A stretch of 64,000 bases of DNA from an uncultured Acidobacteriota bacterium (GCA_963813155.1 CAWEYG010000003.1:1-64000); one strand, 5' to 3'; shown: positions 6,423 to 15,754, counted from the stretch's first letter. Program-made: numbers and translations. The notes: generated by a model from the letters alone, not told the origin.

Positions 6423-8845
6423 GGCATCAGGGGCCAGAGCTTCGCCCAGAACCACCGGGCGGGCTTGCGGAGCACGGCAAAGCCGAGCCGCCGCGTGCCC
6501 GTCGAGATCTTCGCGTTCCCGAGCATTCCCGGGAGGATCATTCCGCCCCCGTTGTCGAGAACGGCGTCCGCAAGGATGAATCGGTCTTCGCCCTCTTCCC
6601 GGACGACGGGCGAAACCCTCCCGATCTTGCCCCGAAACACCGTGGAGGGATAGGAGTTGAGCTTGACGGCCACGTCCTCGCCTTCGCGCAGGAGGCTCGA
6701 ATCGACCTCGCGAATCGCGACTTCCACCTCCGCGGATCGCGTGTCGGCCAGCACGCAGAGCTCCGCTCCGCTCCCGAGCATCTGTCCGATCCGTTCTTCC
6801 AGGTGCGGGGTGATGAGAACGCCCGTGGCGGGCGCGCGAATTTTCGTCTGGGCGAGATTGCTTTCCGCGACGGCAGCGCGCGCCCGAGCTTCCTCCAGCC
6901 GCGAGGAAGACCGCGCCAGCTCCGAAGTGTCGCCGGACGACTGGTTCTGCGCGACGGAGTTGCGGGCGATGTCGAAGTCCGCGCGGGCCTGAGCGGCGGC
7001 GGCCTGGTAGTCCGCGTCGTCGAGCGTTGCAACGACGTCGCCCTCTTTGACGGAGTCGCCTTCCCGATGGAGAACGGACGCGATCGTTCCCGGAACGGCG
7101 GCCGTGAGCGCCATCCGCCGGCCGGGGAGAACGCGCGCGGTTCCCGTGAGTCGGATGTTCCAGGGCAGCACGACGAGCGCGAGGAGGATCACGGTGCCGA
7201 TCACGAGGCGACGGCGGAGCTTGTACTTCGGGATCGCGGCCAGCTGCCGCTGCTTTTCGAGCAAGGGCTTCCAGAAGCCGGCGAGAGGGACCTGCTGGTA
7301 CAGCTGGGCATTGCGCATCGCAACGGTGGCCTGGTTGACGAGAATTTGAAGGAGATCGCGCCCTTCCTCGTCGAACACCCGCGATTCTGCGCCTTCGAAC
7401 GCGATCGTTCCGAGCTTGCCTTCCTCGTCCTGGAGGATCATCGCGAGGTAGGAGCGCATCCCGCTCGCTTCGAAGAAGACGCGGAACTTCTCCGCAGTCT
7501 CCGCCCGGTCGGTCACGATCTTGCCGTCGGCCTGCTGCGTCACCGACACGTCGTTCCCGCCGTGGTAGACCCATTCGAGAAGCTCGGTCGTCCGGGCGAT
7601 CGAGGGTTCGGACCGGTTGATTTCGTCGACTCCGGAAACGGCCCCCAGGCGGAGCTTTCCCCGCTGGACGACGGCGACGGAGCAGCGGTCGATGTCGACG
7701 AGCGCGGCGCTCGCGTTCGCGACGGTCTTCATCACGCGGTCGAGGTCGAGCGTCGAGGTGATTTCGCGGCTGACGGCGAGGAGCGCATCGAGCTCTTCGA
7801 CCCGGCGCTCGGCGCCGTAGCGCCGCGCGTTGTGCAGGGACCGAACCGCCTGGTGGCCGAGATCGGTCAGGAGAAGGGCGTCGGCCTCCTCGAATCGCGG
7901 GCGTCTCCCTCGCTTGTTGACGATGATCATCACGCCGACCGTTTCCTCGTCTTCGAGGAGCGGGAGCGTCAGAACGGACGAAACCGGGAACGGGCTTTCC
8001 TGTCGCAGGAAATGCTCCGGGGGCAGCTCGTTCTCGAACGTCGCCTCCCGGGCGCCGATGGCGTCGCCCACGACCGAGGCTCCGATGGAATCGGGCGGAT
8101 GGGGGATCTCGTAGTTTTCGTTGATGGCCGTCGCGGCGAGAGAGACTTCGCCCTCGCTTCCCTGGAGCACCCACAGCGAGGCAGCTTCGGCGTTCGCGAA
8201 GTCCACGGCCTTTCGCGCGATGATCGCGGTGAGCTCGTCCCAGTCGAGCGTCGAGCCGAACGCCTTGGAGAGGTCGTACAGGTTCGTCAGGCGCTCGATC
8301 GCGTGCAGCATGCCGGACGTCTTCTTGTCCTGCTTCAGGCTGCGCGCGACCGCCTGGGCCGCGTCGGGGACGAAAGTGGAGAGATTCTCGTGCGCGGAGC
8401 TCAGGTTCGCGTCGCCTTTGCGGAAAAGGACGGCGGCGACACCGATCACTCCCTCGTCGGCGGCCAGGGGAATGGCCAGGCAGCTGCCGAAGTTGCGGGC
8501 GCCGGGCGGAAGCCACGGGTCGTCGGAAACGAGGATCTCCGACGACGTCAGCGAGAAGGACTCGCGGTCGCGAATCAGCCGGCGGACGAAGCCGTCGCTG
8601 CGGGGAACCGATTGCTGGAGGATCCGACCGAGCCCTTCGCCGGTCGCGCCGGTGCAGACGAAAACGGGATGGATCGGGTCTTGCGTCCAGACGAGGGCCG
8701 CGTCGGCTCCGGCGAGCGCCGCGAGCCAGCGTGCCGCCCAGGCGGACGTGTGCGCGAGCGTCTCGCAGGCAAGCAGTTCGGCGAGAGCGGCCGCAAAATC
8801 GCCCTCGGAGGGCGTCGGTGGGGGGCTATCCGGCTCGTCCGACAT
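6419..8845 (-). CDS. Triple-GAF domain + TM + HlyD/MFP adaptor protein
   Basis: Three GAF-like repeats (SCLAIPL, SVLTLPL, SYLAMIL blocks); TM LVIGTVILLALVVLPW; lipoyl/barrel motifs REGDSVKEGDVVATLD, IRAPATG, PGMLGNAKI. Confidence 0.85.
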   Translation of the reverse strand: MSDEPDSPPPTPSEGDFAAALAELLACETLAHTSAWAARWLAALAGADAALVWTQDPIHPVFVCTGATGEGLGRILQQSVPRSDGFVRRLIRDRESFSLTSSEILVSDDPWLPPGARNFGSCLAIPLAADEGVIGVAAVLFRKGDANLSSAHENLSTFVPDAAQAVARSLKQDKKTSGMLHAIERLTNLYDLSKAFGSTLDWDELTAIIARKAVDFANAEAASLWVLQGSEGEVSLAATAINENYEIPHPPDSIGASVVGDAIGAREATFENELPPEHFLRQESPFPVSSVLTLPLLEDEETVGVMIIVNKRGRRPRFEEADALLLTDLGHQAVRSLHNARRYGAERRVEELDALLAVSREITSTLDLDRVMKTVANASAALVDIDRCSVAVVQRGKLRLGAVSGVDEINRSEPSIARTTELLEWVYHGGNDVSVTQQADGKIVTDRAETAEKFRVFFEASGMRSYLAMILQDEEGKLGTIAFEGAESRVFDEEGRDLLQILVNQATVAMRNAQLYQQVPLAGFWKPLLEKQRQLAAIPKYKLRRRLVIGTVILLALVVLPWNIRLTGTARVLPGRRMALTAAVPGTIASVLHREGDSVKEGDVVATLDDADYQAAAAQARADFDIARNSVAQNQSSGDTSELARSSSRLEEARARAAVAESNLAQTKIRAPATGVLITPHLEERIGQMLGSGAELCVLADTRSAEVEVAIREVDSSLLREGEDVAVKLNSYPSTVFRGKIGRVSPVVREEGEDRFILADAVLDNGGGMILPGMLGNAKISTGTRRLGFAVLRKPARWFWAKLWPLMP

Positions 8846-8874
8846 CGATCGTTACTTCCGGCTTCGATGCGGGC

Positions 8875-9210
8875 TCAAAAGCTCGCGACCGCTTCCTCCA
8901 GATCCTGATGAATCTCGAAGACGGAGTCGAGCTGAGTCATCTCCAGGAGCTTCTTCAGATTCGTTCCCGGCGCGAGCAGCTTGGTCTGGCCGCCCTCTTT
9001 CTGCGAATTGGTCAGCGTTCGCACCAGGGCGCCGAGCCCCGTGGAGTCGACGAGGCCGAGCGCCCCGCAGTCGACGAGGAGGTTGACCTTGCCCTCTTCG
9101 AGGAGGCGTGTCACCGAGCGCTTGAAAGAAGCCTCGGACTCGCCGATCACCAGATCTCCCGAGAGAGAGACGATACTCACCCGGCCATCTTCGCGAATTG
9201 AGATTTCCAT
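8875..9210 (-). CDS. STAS-domain anti-sigma factor antagonist
   Basis: LSGDLVIG...LVDSTGLGALV...LEMTQLDSVF, SpoIIAA/RsbV-like, 111 aa. Confidence 0.9.
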   Translation of the reverse strand: MEISIREDGRVSIVSLSGDLVIGESEASFKRSVTRLLEEGKVNLLVDCGALGLVDSTGLGALVRTLTNSQKEGGQTKLLAPGTNLKKLLEMTQLDSVFEIHQDLEEAVASF

Positions 9211-9280
9211 GTTCTGCCGGGATCATCTCAAAAAGAAACCGGAAATGCTAGAGTCGAGACGGGGGGAGGACCAAGCTCAG

Positions 9281-10219
9281 TTGGCGCAAGAGAAACCTGG
9301 GATTCTGGTCACCGGGGGTGCCGGGTTCATCGGAAGCCATGTCGCCCGCGCCTATATCGAGGCGGGGCGCCGGGTCGTCGTCCTCGACAACTTCTCGACC
9401 GGTTCGCCGGGCCGGGTTCCGGCGGGGGCCGCGCTCGTCGAAGGCGACCTGAACGAGCTCGATCTCGAAGCCGTCTTCGCCGATCACGGCATCGGCGTCG
9501 TGAACCATCACGCGGCCCACATCGATCTGCGGGAATCCGTGCGGGACCCCGTCTTCGACGCGCAGGTGAACGTGATCTCGACGCTGAGGCTCCTGGAGTC
9601 CGCCCGCCGCGCCGGGGCGAGAAAAGTGATTTTCGCGTCGACCGGCGGGGCGATCTACGGCGAGCCCCGCGGCGCGAGGGCGGCGGAAGACCATCCCACC
9701 GACCCGCTCTCGCCGTACGGCGTCGCGAAACTGGCGGTCGAGAAATACCTTCACTTCTACCGCACGGAACACGGGTTCGAGACCGTCGTTCTCCGCTACG
9801 CGAACGTCTACGGGCCGGGCCAGAGCGGCAAGGGGGAGGCGGGGGCGGTCGCGATCTTTCTGGAACGGATGCTTGCGGGGCTTCCGGCGGTCATCCACGG
9901 CGACGGCGAGCAGACCCGTGATTTCGTTTTCGTGGGCGACTGCGTCGAGGCGAACCGGCGCGTTCTCGAGGCCGGCCGGAGCGGAGTCTGGAACGTCGGT
10001 ACCGGCGTCGAGACCTCCGTCAACGCGCTGGCCGAGCTGATCCGGACGGCCGCGGGATCCCGGTCACCGATCGAGCACGATGCTCCCGCCCCCGGGGAGC
10101 AGCGGCGAAGCGTGCTGGACGGCCGGAAGCTGCTGGCGGACTTCGGAATCGGAGGCTACGTGCCCCTGAGCGAGGGACTCGCCGCGACGGCGGCGTCTTT
10201 TCGTTCGGCGAGAGGCTGA
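9281..10219 (+). CDS. NAD-dependent epimerase/dehydratase (UDP-glucose 4-epimerase-like)
   Basis: ILVTGGAGFIGSH, STGGAIYG, YGVAK (YxxxK), RYANVYGP; start uncertain (9245 ATG or 9281 TTG). Confidence 0.9.
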   Translation: MAQEKPGILVTGGAGFIGSHVARAYIEAGRRVVVLDNFSTGSPGRVPAGAALVEGDLNELDLEAVFADHGIGVVNHHAAHIDLRESVRDPVFDAQVNVISTLRLLESARRAGARKVIFASTGGAIYGEPRGARAAEDHPTDPLSPYGVAKLAVEKYLHFYRTEHGFETVVLRYANVYGPGQSGKGEAGAVAIFLERMLAGLPAVIHGDGEQTRDFVFVGDCVEANRRVLEAGRSGVWNVGTGVETSVNALAELIRTAAGSRSPIEHDAPAPGEQRRSVLDGRKLLADFGIGGYVPLSEGLAATAASFRSARG

Positions 10220-11673
10220 CTCGGGTCGAACCTCTTCAAGGTCACCCTTTCCGCTTCGGGAAAATCGATCGAACGAGCGTCGCGCGACCATTCCCGAGGA
10301 GCGCGTGCGCTCGGCATTCCGGAGAGGATGAGCCAGAAGGGGCTGCCGGTAGCGGCCTGAGAGACGAGCGGGCCCGTTTGCCCGTCGACGTTCGTGATCG
10401 AGAAGCGGCAGATTCTTCCCCGCGCGAGCCATTCCGGGCCGCAGAGGTAGTAGGCGAGGCACATTTTCGAATTCTCGTTGTCGGTGAAGATCGGAAGAGG
10501 CCGGCGCTCCAGGAACCGCGCGAGGGGCCTCCAGTCGGCGCGGCCTTCCCGGAAATAGAGGCCGATCGAGGCGGCCTCGTAGACGAGCAGAAGCGCGAGA
10601 GCCGCGGCCGCCGGGGCCCGCCAGCGGCGGCGCGACAGGAGGTCCGCAAGCCCGACGCCCGCGAGAAGGTGCAGGGCGACGGCCGCGGGCAGGAAGTAGC
10701 GCGAGCCGAAATGACCGGGCGACCGATGGCGGAGCAATTCGATCGCGATCAAGCCCGCTCCGGCCCAGCCCGCGAGAAACCGGAGGCCACGCCGCCTCAG
10801 CGCGACGGCGGCCCCGATTGCCACGAGCGCCAGGAACAGCCCGAAAGCCGCCTGGTAGAGCCGGGGAGGGCCGAAGGAAAAGCCTCCGTACTTGTAGGAA
10901 AGCGTCAGCTCCGAGAGAAGGTGGCCAACCCGGGAAAGCGTCAGGGCCGTTCCACCGCCCGAAGACAGGGAGCGCACGCCGCGGGCGAAAACAGGAATCC
11001 ACGGCGCGTAGCCCGCGGCGAGCCCGAGGACCAGCGCCGGGCTCCATTTCCAGAAACGGAGGGCGGCATCGCGCCGGTCCGCGTCCGGGGAGCTCGCGTC
11101 CTCGAGCGCCAGAGCCGCGCCCGCGACCGCGAGGGAAACCGCGGCGAGCGAGAGCGTGTACGCGGTCGCGAGTGCGAGCAGGAAGAAGAGGGCCGCGCGC
11201 CGTCCCGTCGGGCGGCCCATCCACAGCTCGAGCGCGCAAAGCGAAGCGAGAATGAGAAAGATCCCGAGCGAGTAAGGCCGCAGCTCCTGCGAGTACCGGA
11301 CGTGGACGGGGGAGAGCGCCAGAAAACCCATGCCCGCGACGGCCGGCCAGGGCCCCGCGCGCCGCCGGAGCAGCCATCCGGCGGCCGCGACCGCGCCGAT
11401 TCCCCAGACGGCGGCCGGAATCCTGCGATCGGCGTCGGAGGGCCTGAGCGGTTCGAGGCTCCTCAGGACGACGTAGTCGAGCGGCGGGTGAACGGCATCC
11501 TGGCGCAGCTGAGAAAAGAGAAAGCTCCAGGAGCCGTGCACGGAAAACGACTCGAAGACTTCGTCGAGCCAGTAGGACGATCGCCCGAGCCCACTCAGGC
11601 GAACGGCCGCCGAAACGGAGAGGATCAGGAGCGCGGCAATGAGTCCGGCGCGCTTGGCGAGATGCGATTCGAT
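10156..11673 (-). CDS. GT-C fold membrane glycosyltransferase (family 39/PMT-like)
   Basis: SYWLDE, DAVHPPLDY, YSQELRPYSL motifs and many TM helices; start uncertain. Confidence 0.75.
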   Translation of the reverse strand: MESHLAKRAGLIAALLILSVSAAVRLSGLGRSSYWLDEVFESFSVHGSWSFLFSQLRQDAVHPPLDYVVLRSLEPLRPSDADRRIPAAVWGIGAVAAAGWLLRRRAGPWPAVAGMGFLALSPVHVRYSQELRPYSLGIFLILASLCALELWMGRPTGRRAALFFLLALATAYTLSLAAVSLAVAGAALALEDASSPDADRRDAALRFWKWSPALVLGLAAGYAPWIPVFARGVRSLSSGGGTALTLSRVGHLLSELTLSYKYGGFSFGPPRLYQAAFGLFLALVAIGAAVALRRRGLRFLAGWAGAGLIAIELLRHRSPGHFGSRYFLPAAVALHLLAGVGLADLLSRRRWRAPAAAALALLLVYEAASIGLYFREGRADWRPLARFLERRPLPIFTDNENSKMCLAYYLCGPEWLARGRICRFSITNVDGQTGPLVSQAATGSPFWLILSGMPSARAPREWSRDARSIDFPEAERVTLKRFDPSQPLAERKDAAVAASPSLRGT

Positions 11674-11715
11674 CCGGCGAGGATAACAGAGCGGGCGCGT
11701 CGCGCCGGAACCCGG

Positions 11716-11731
11716 TGGCCCCGCCTTTGCT
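11716..11731 (+). promoter_or_regulatory. Putative sigma54 promoter (TopIB)
   Basis: TGGCCCC-GCCT-TTGCT, GG-N10-GC. Confidence 0.5.
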
Positions 11732-11744
11732 CTTGGGAGAAACC

Positions 11745-12752
11745 GTGACCAGGGTCGAAACGCTTCTCGCAATCGGAATTCGAAGGGTCGCGGCAGGCTC
11801 GGGACGATTTCGGTACGAGAATGCCGACGGCTCGGCTCCGTCGTCCGAGGACGAGGTTCGCGCCGGACGCCTCGGTTTACCGCCCGCCTGGTCCGACGTT
11901 CGGATCGACCCGTCGGCGACGGCGAGCCTGCAGGCGATCGGAAGGGACGCCGCGGGCCGCTGGCAATACCGTTACCACCATACCCGGGTCGCGAGCCGGG
12001 AGCGGGAGAAGGCCGCGAGGTTGAGAAAATTCGCGGCTCGGTTTCCCGCCCTGAGGGCAGCCGTCGCGAAAGACTTGCGCCGGCCGGGCCTGCCGCGGGA
12101 AAAGGTCCTCGCCGCGATGACGCGGATCCTCGCGACGCGGTATCTGCGGCCGGGAAGCCGCGCCTACGCCGTGGAAAACGAAAGTTATGGAATCACGACT
12201 CTTCACAAGAGGCACGTTTCGTTTCGAAACGGAGGCGCAGAGCTGCGATTTCGCGGAAAAGCCGGCAAACAGCGGCGTGTCGAGACCGACGACCGCGGCG
12301 CCGTCGCCGTTCTGCGGCGCTGCGCGAGGCTGCCCGGCCGCGCCTTCTTTCAATGGCGCGATCCCGACGGGTCGGTCGCCGCGGTCCACCGTCGGCAGCT
12401 CAACGCCTACATCCGGGAGGGCATGGGCGAAGGTTTTTCCGCGAAGGATTTTCGCACATGGGCGGGAACGTTGATTTGCGCCAACGAGCTCGCCCGGTCG
12501 TCCGGCGGCGGCGTCGATTCGAAGACCGGGCGGCGGAGACAAATCGTCGCGGCCGTCGCCGAGACCGCGCGGCGGCTCGGGAACACTCCCGCCGTGTGCC
12601 GAAGCTCTTACATCTCGCCTCGCGTGATCTCGAGCTTCGAACGAGGCGTGACGCTAAGGGTGACCGTTCCGTCGGTCGAGCGGCTCGGGCGCCGCGTCGC
12701 ACCCCACCCGATCGAGCGGGAGCTCGGGAAATTGCTCGCGGAGGGCGGCTAA
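11745..12752 (+). CDS. Bacterial DNA topoisomerase IB
   Basis: LPPAWSDVRI, GRDAAGRWQYRYH, LRPGS, FRGKAG, KDFRTWAGT, LGNTPAVCRSSYI. Confidence 0.92.
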   Translation: MTRVETLLAIGIRRVAAGSGRFRYENADGSAPSSEDEVRAGRLGLPPAWSDVRIDPSATASLQAIGRDAAGRWQYRYHHTRVASREREKAARLRKFAARFPALRAAVAKDLRRPGLPREKVLAAMTRILATRYLRPGSRAYAVENESYGITTLHKRHVSFRNGGAELRFRGKAGKQRRVETDDRGAVAVLRRCARLPGRAFFQWRDPDGSVAAVHRRQLNAYIREGMGEGFSAKDFRTWAGTLICANELARSSGGGVDSKTGRRRQIVAAVAETARRLGNTPAVCRSSYISPRVISSFERGVTLRVTVPSVERLGRRVAPHPIERELGKLLAEGG

Positions 12753-12797
12753 TGGTATTCGAATGGGGGCAACGCCCCAACCGGTTGGGGCATTTTC

Positions 12798-12813
12798 TGG
12801 CACGGTTCTGGCT
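12798..12813 (+). promoter_or_regulatory. Putative sigma54 promoter (ku)
   Basis: TGGCACG-GTTC-TGGCT, preceded by an 18-bp perfect palindrome at 12774-12791. Confidence 0.55.
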
Positions 12814-12828
12814 GCTATCCTCCCCATT

Positions 12829-13635
12829 ATGAGAACGATCTGGAAAGGCCACTTGAGCTTCGGTTTGATCTCGGTGCCCGTCGGACTCTACGCGGCTCTG
12901 GAGGCGTCCGAGCGCGTGTCGTTCCGGCTTCTTCACCGAAAAGACCTGTCGCCCATCGAGTACAAGAAATACTGCGCGCGCGAGGACGTCGAAGTTTCCA
13001 ACGACGAAATCGTGAAGGGCTACGAGGTCGAAAAGAACAAGTTTGCCGTCGTCGAAAAGGAAGAGCTCGAAAAGATGCAGGAAGAAGCGGGAGGCGGTTC
13101 CGACGATCACACGATCGAAGTGCTGGAATTCGTCGAGCTCGCATCCATCAATCCGCTCTCGTTCGAGAAGCCGTACTACCTCGCTCCCGAAAAAGGCGGC
13201 GACAAGCCTTACGCCGTTCTGCGCGATGCCCTTCTCGAAGAGAGGAAAGTGGGGATCGTGCGGATCACCATTCGCTCCCGTCCCCAGCTGGGCGTCCTGA
13301 TTCCCTCTTCGAACGCGCTCGCCGTCGAAGTGATTCGCCCGTTCGAGGAGCTTCGCGACACCGCGGAGCTCAAGCTGCCCGAGTCGGCGAAGAAGTCGGC
13401 GGAAATCAAAATGGCGAAAATGCTGATCGATCAGCTCACGACGGAGTGGGATCCCCAGGAGCACCCCGACGAGTACCGGGAGACGCTCACGAAGCTGCTG
13501 TCCTCGAAGCGCAAGCACACGGTTGCGATCTCGCGCGCCGACACCAACGTCGTCGACCTGATGGACGCGCTCAAGAAGAGCGTCGCGCGCACGAAAGGGA
13601 AGCCGAAGAAGGCCGCCAAGGCGGGGGCGGCGTAG
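12829..13635 (+). CDS. ku: Non-homologous end-joining protein Ku
   Basis: MRTIWKGHLSFGLISVPVGLY, IVKGYE, FEKPYYLAP, VVDLMDALKKS, basic tail. Confidence 0.96.
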   Translation: MRTIWKGHLSFGLISVPVGLYAALEASERVSFRLLHRKDLSPIEYKKYCAREDVEVSNDEIVKGYEVEKNKFAVVEKEELEKMQEEAGGGSDDHTIEVLEFVELASINPLSFEKPYYLAPEKGGDKPYAVLRDALLEERKVGIVRITIRSRPQLGVLIPSSNALAVEVIRPFEELRDTAELKLPESAKKSAEIKMAKMLIDQLTTEWDPQEHPDEYRETLTKLLSSKRKHTVAISRADTNVVDLMDALKKSVARTKGKPKKAAKAGAA

Positions 13636-13641
13636 CCGTCC

Positions 13642-15645
13642 TCACTCGTCGAGGACGCGGCGGATCGTCCTCAGGACCTCCTCGGCCTTGTAGGGTTTGC
13701 TCAGGAACGCCTGCACGCCGCCGGCTTCCATTCTTTCCCTTTCGGTTTCGTCCGCGAATCCGCTCACGAGGATGATCTTCGCCGACGGGTTCGCCTTGCG
13801 GAGGCGCACGAATGTCGGCCAGCCGCCGAGCTCCGGCATTCCGAGATCGGAGAAGACGACCGAGATCCCCCGGCCCTGCTCGTAGAGCGCCAGGGCCTCG
13901 ACGCCGTTCCGCGCCGTCAGAACGCGGTACCCCTCGGATTCAATCAGCTCGCGCAGCGACTGGAGCAGCAGCGGTTCGTCCTCGACGACGAGGACGGTCT
14001 CCGGCTGGCCCGGCCACGGTTTCTCGGCCGGCGCCGACGGGGCGGGCGCGCGGCGTGTTCGGGTCTCTTCCGCCTCCGGCAGCGAACGGGCGGAAATCGG
14101 AAGAAACACGTCGAATTTCGTTCCCTTCCCGATCTCGGACTCGAGCTCGATGTGGCCCGCGTGGCTCGTGACGACTCCATACACGACGGAGAGCCCGAGA
14201 CCCGACCCGCCCCTGTCGCGCTTTGTCGTGAAGAACGGCTCGAAGACGCGCGTTCGGGTCGCGTCGTTCATTCCCATCCCGGTGTCGGAAACCCAGAGCG
14301 CGACGAACGTCGAGGGCGCGGAAGCCGGGGAAGCGCGGCGCTGCGCGAGGCGCGTCCCGATCCGGATCTCTCCCTGGTCGCGGATGGCATCCCGGGCGTT
14401 CATGCAGAGATTCATCAGCATTTGCTGCAGCTGCGTGGGATTTCCTTCGACCGCAGGGAGATCGTCGGCGAGATCGAGGTGCATCGCGATTCGTTTGGGA
14501 AAGGTCGCCCGCAGCATGGTGACGGTGTCGTTGACGATCGAGTTGATCGGAACGCTTCGGAACCCTTCCTTTTCGCCCCTTCGGCCGAACGCGAGGAGCT
14601 GCCGCACGAGTCCGGCCCCCCGATCCACGGCCGCCTGGATCGCCTCGGAGGAGGAAGAGTCGTCGCCGGCCGCCGGCCCCGACCTTCGGATCTTCTCGAC
14701 GTAGCTGGAGATGATCGTCAGAATGTTGTTGAAATCGTGCGCGATGCCGCCGGCGAGGCTTCCCACGCTTTCGAGCTTCTGCGCCTGCAGGAGCTCTTCG
14801 GAAAGGAGCCTGCTCTCCGTGATGTCCCGCAGGTTCCACTGCAGGGTCGGGCGTCCGGTCGACCGGTCGCGGCTCACCACGCGGTGAACCCAGATCGACT
14901 TTCCGTCGTTCGAGCGAAGCTCCACCTCCCGCCGGGCGAGAGTGCCTTCCGGGCCGGAGAGCTTCCAGTCGTCCGGCGCGGGGTCTCCGACGGCGAGCGC
15001 GGGGACTTCGGCGATGGAGTGCCCGACGAGGTCCTCGCGCCGCGCGCCCAGGAGCCGAAGCAGGAAAGGGTTCACGTCGAAGATTTCCATGGACTCCTCG
15101 TCGACGAGAAGAATTCCCTCGCGCGCGGTTTCGAAGATTCTGCGGTAGCGCATCTCATGTTCGACGATCCGGTGTTCCGCCCGTCTTCGCTCGGTGATTT
15201 CTTCGATCGCGAGCAAAATCAGAGGCCGCGACTCGTTCGGAAGCCGGACCTTGCTCGCATTGACGCGATAAGTCTTTTCGCCGGCCCCCGCGTGGCCGTG
15301 AAGACCGGCCTCGAGGTTCCGAATCGAAGGCTTTCGAGCCAGGATCGAGCCGAGCATCGTTTCGAAATCCGCCGGCGTCCAGGTGCCGAGGTCGGAGAGC
15401 GTCTTTCCTTCCGACGTCGAAGCGGTCGTTCCGAACATCTCGTAGAAGGCCGCATTCGCGAATCGGACCCTGAGGGCCGAGTCGAGCCAGACGAGACCTT
15501 CGCGGACGGTCTCGACGACCGCTGCCGCGTAGTCGCGGGCGAGGGTCGCCGGGTCGAGGCCGGGATTGCCCGGACGGGTCGCCCCGGTCCCGCCGACATC
15601 ATCTTTCGCTGGCCGCTTCCTGACTGACCGAGATCGCGCCATCAT
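13642..15645 (-). CDS. PAS-PAS hybrid sensor histidine kinase/response regulator
   Basis: Two PAS domains, AGGIAHDFNN, NARDA, FEPFFTTK, GSGLGL, C-terminal receiver VVEDE/SDLGMP. Confidence 0.93.
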   Translation of the reverse strand: MMARSRSVRKRPAKDDVGGTGATRPGNPGLDPATLARDYAAAVVETVREGLVWLDSALRVRFANAAFYEMFGTTASTSEGKTLSDLGTWTPADFETMLGSILARKPSIRNLEAGLHGHAGAGEKTYRVNASKVRLPNESRPLILLAIEEITERRRAEHRIVEHEMRYRRIFETAREGILLVDEESMEIFDVNPFLLRLLGARREDLVGHSIAEVPALAVGDPAPDDWKLSGPEGTLARREVELRSNDGKSIWVHRVVSRDRSTGRPTLQWNLRDITESRLLSEELLQAQKLESVGSLAGGIAHDFNNILTIISSYVEKIRRSGPAAGDDSSSSEAIQAAVDRGAGLVRQLLAFGRRGEKEGFRSVPINSIVNDTVTMLRATFPKRIAMHLDLADDLPAVEGNPTQLQQMLMNLCMNARDAIRDQGEIRIGTRLAQRRASPASAPSTFVALWVSDTGMGMNDATRTRVFEPFFTTKRDRGGSGLGLSVVYGVVTSHAGHIELESEIGKGTKFDVFLPISARSLPEAEETRTRRAPAPSAPAEKPWPGQPETVLVVEDEPLLLQSLRELIESEGYRVLTARNGVEALALYEQGRGISVVFSDLGMPELGGWPTFVRLRKANPSAKIILVSGFADETERERMEAGGVQAFLSKPYKAEEVLRTIRRVLDE

Positions 15646-15713
15646 TCGATGAACTTCACTGAGCGATCAATCACTGCAAGGATAGGGCCAAAGCGGCAAT
15701 GGGGCGGACTGCC

Positions 15714-15729
15714 TGGCATGAAAGCTGCT
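15714..15729 (+). promoter_or_regulatory. Putative sigma54 promoter
   Basis: TGGCATG-AAAG-CTGCT upstream of RBS AGGAGG and ATG 15755. Confidence 0.65.
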
Positions 15730-15754
15730 TTTCCAGGACCGTCAGGAGGAGCTC

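Noticed and set aside
4227-8516. 1429-aa fusion ORF
   Set aside because: The N-terminal 698 codons are an off-frame read of the GAF-HlyD gene; the real start is the GTG at 6422.
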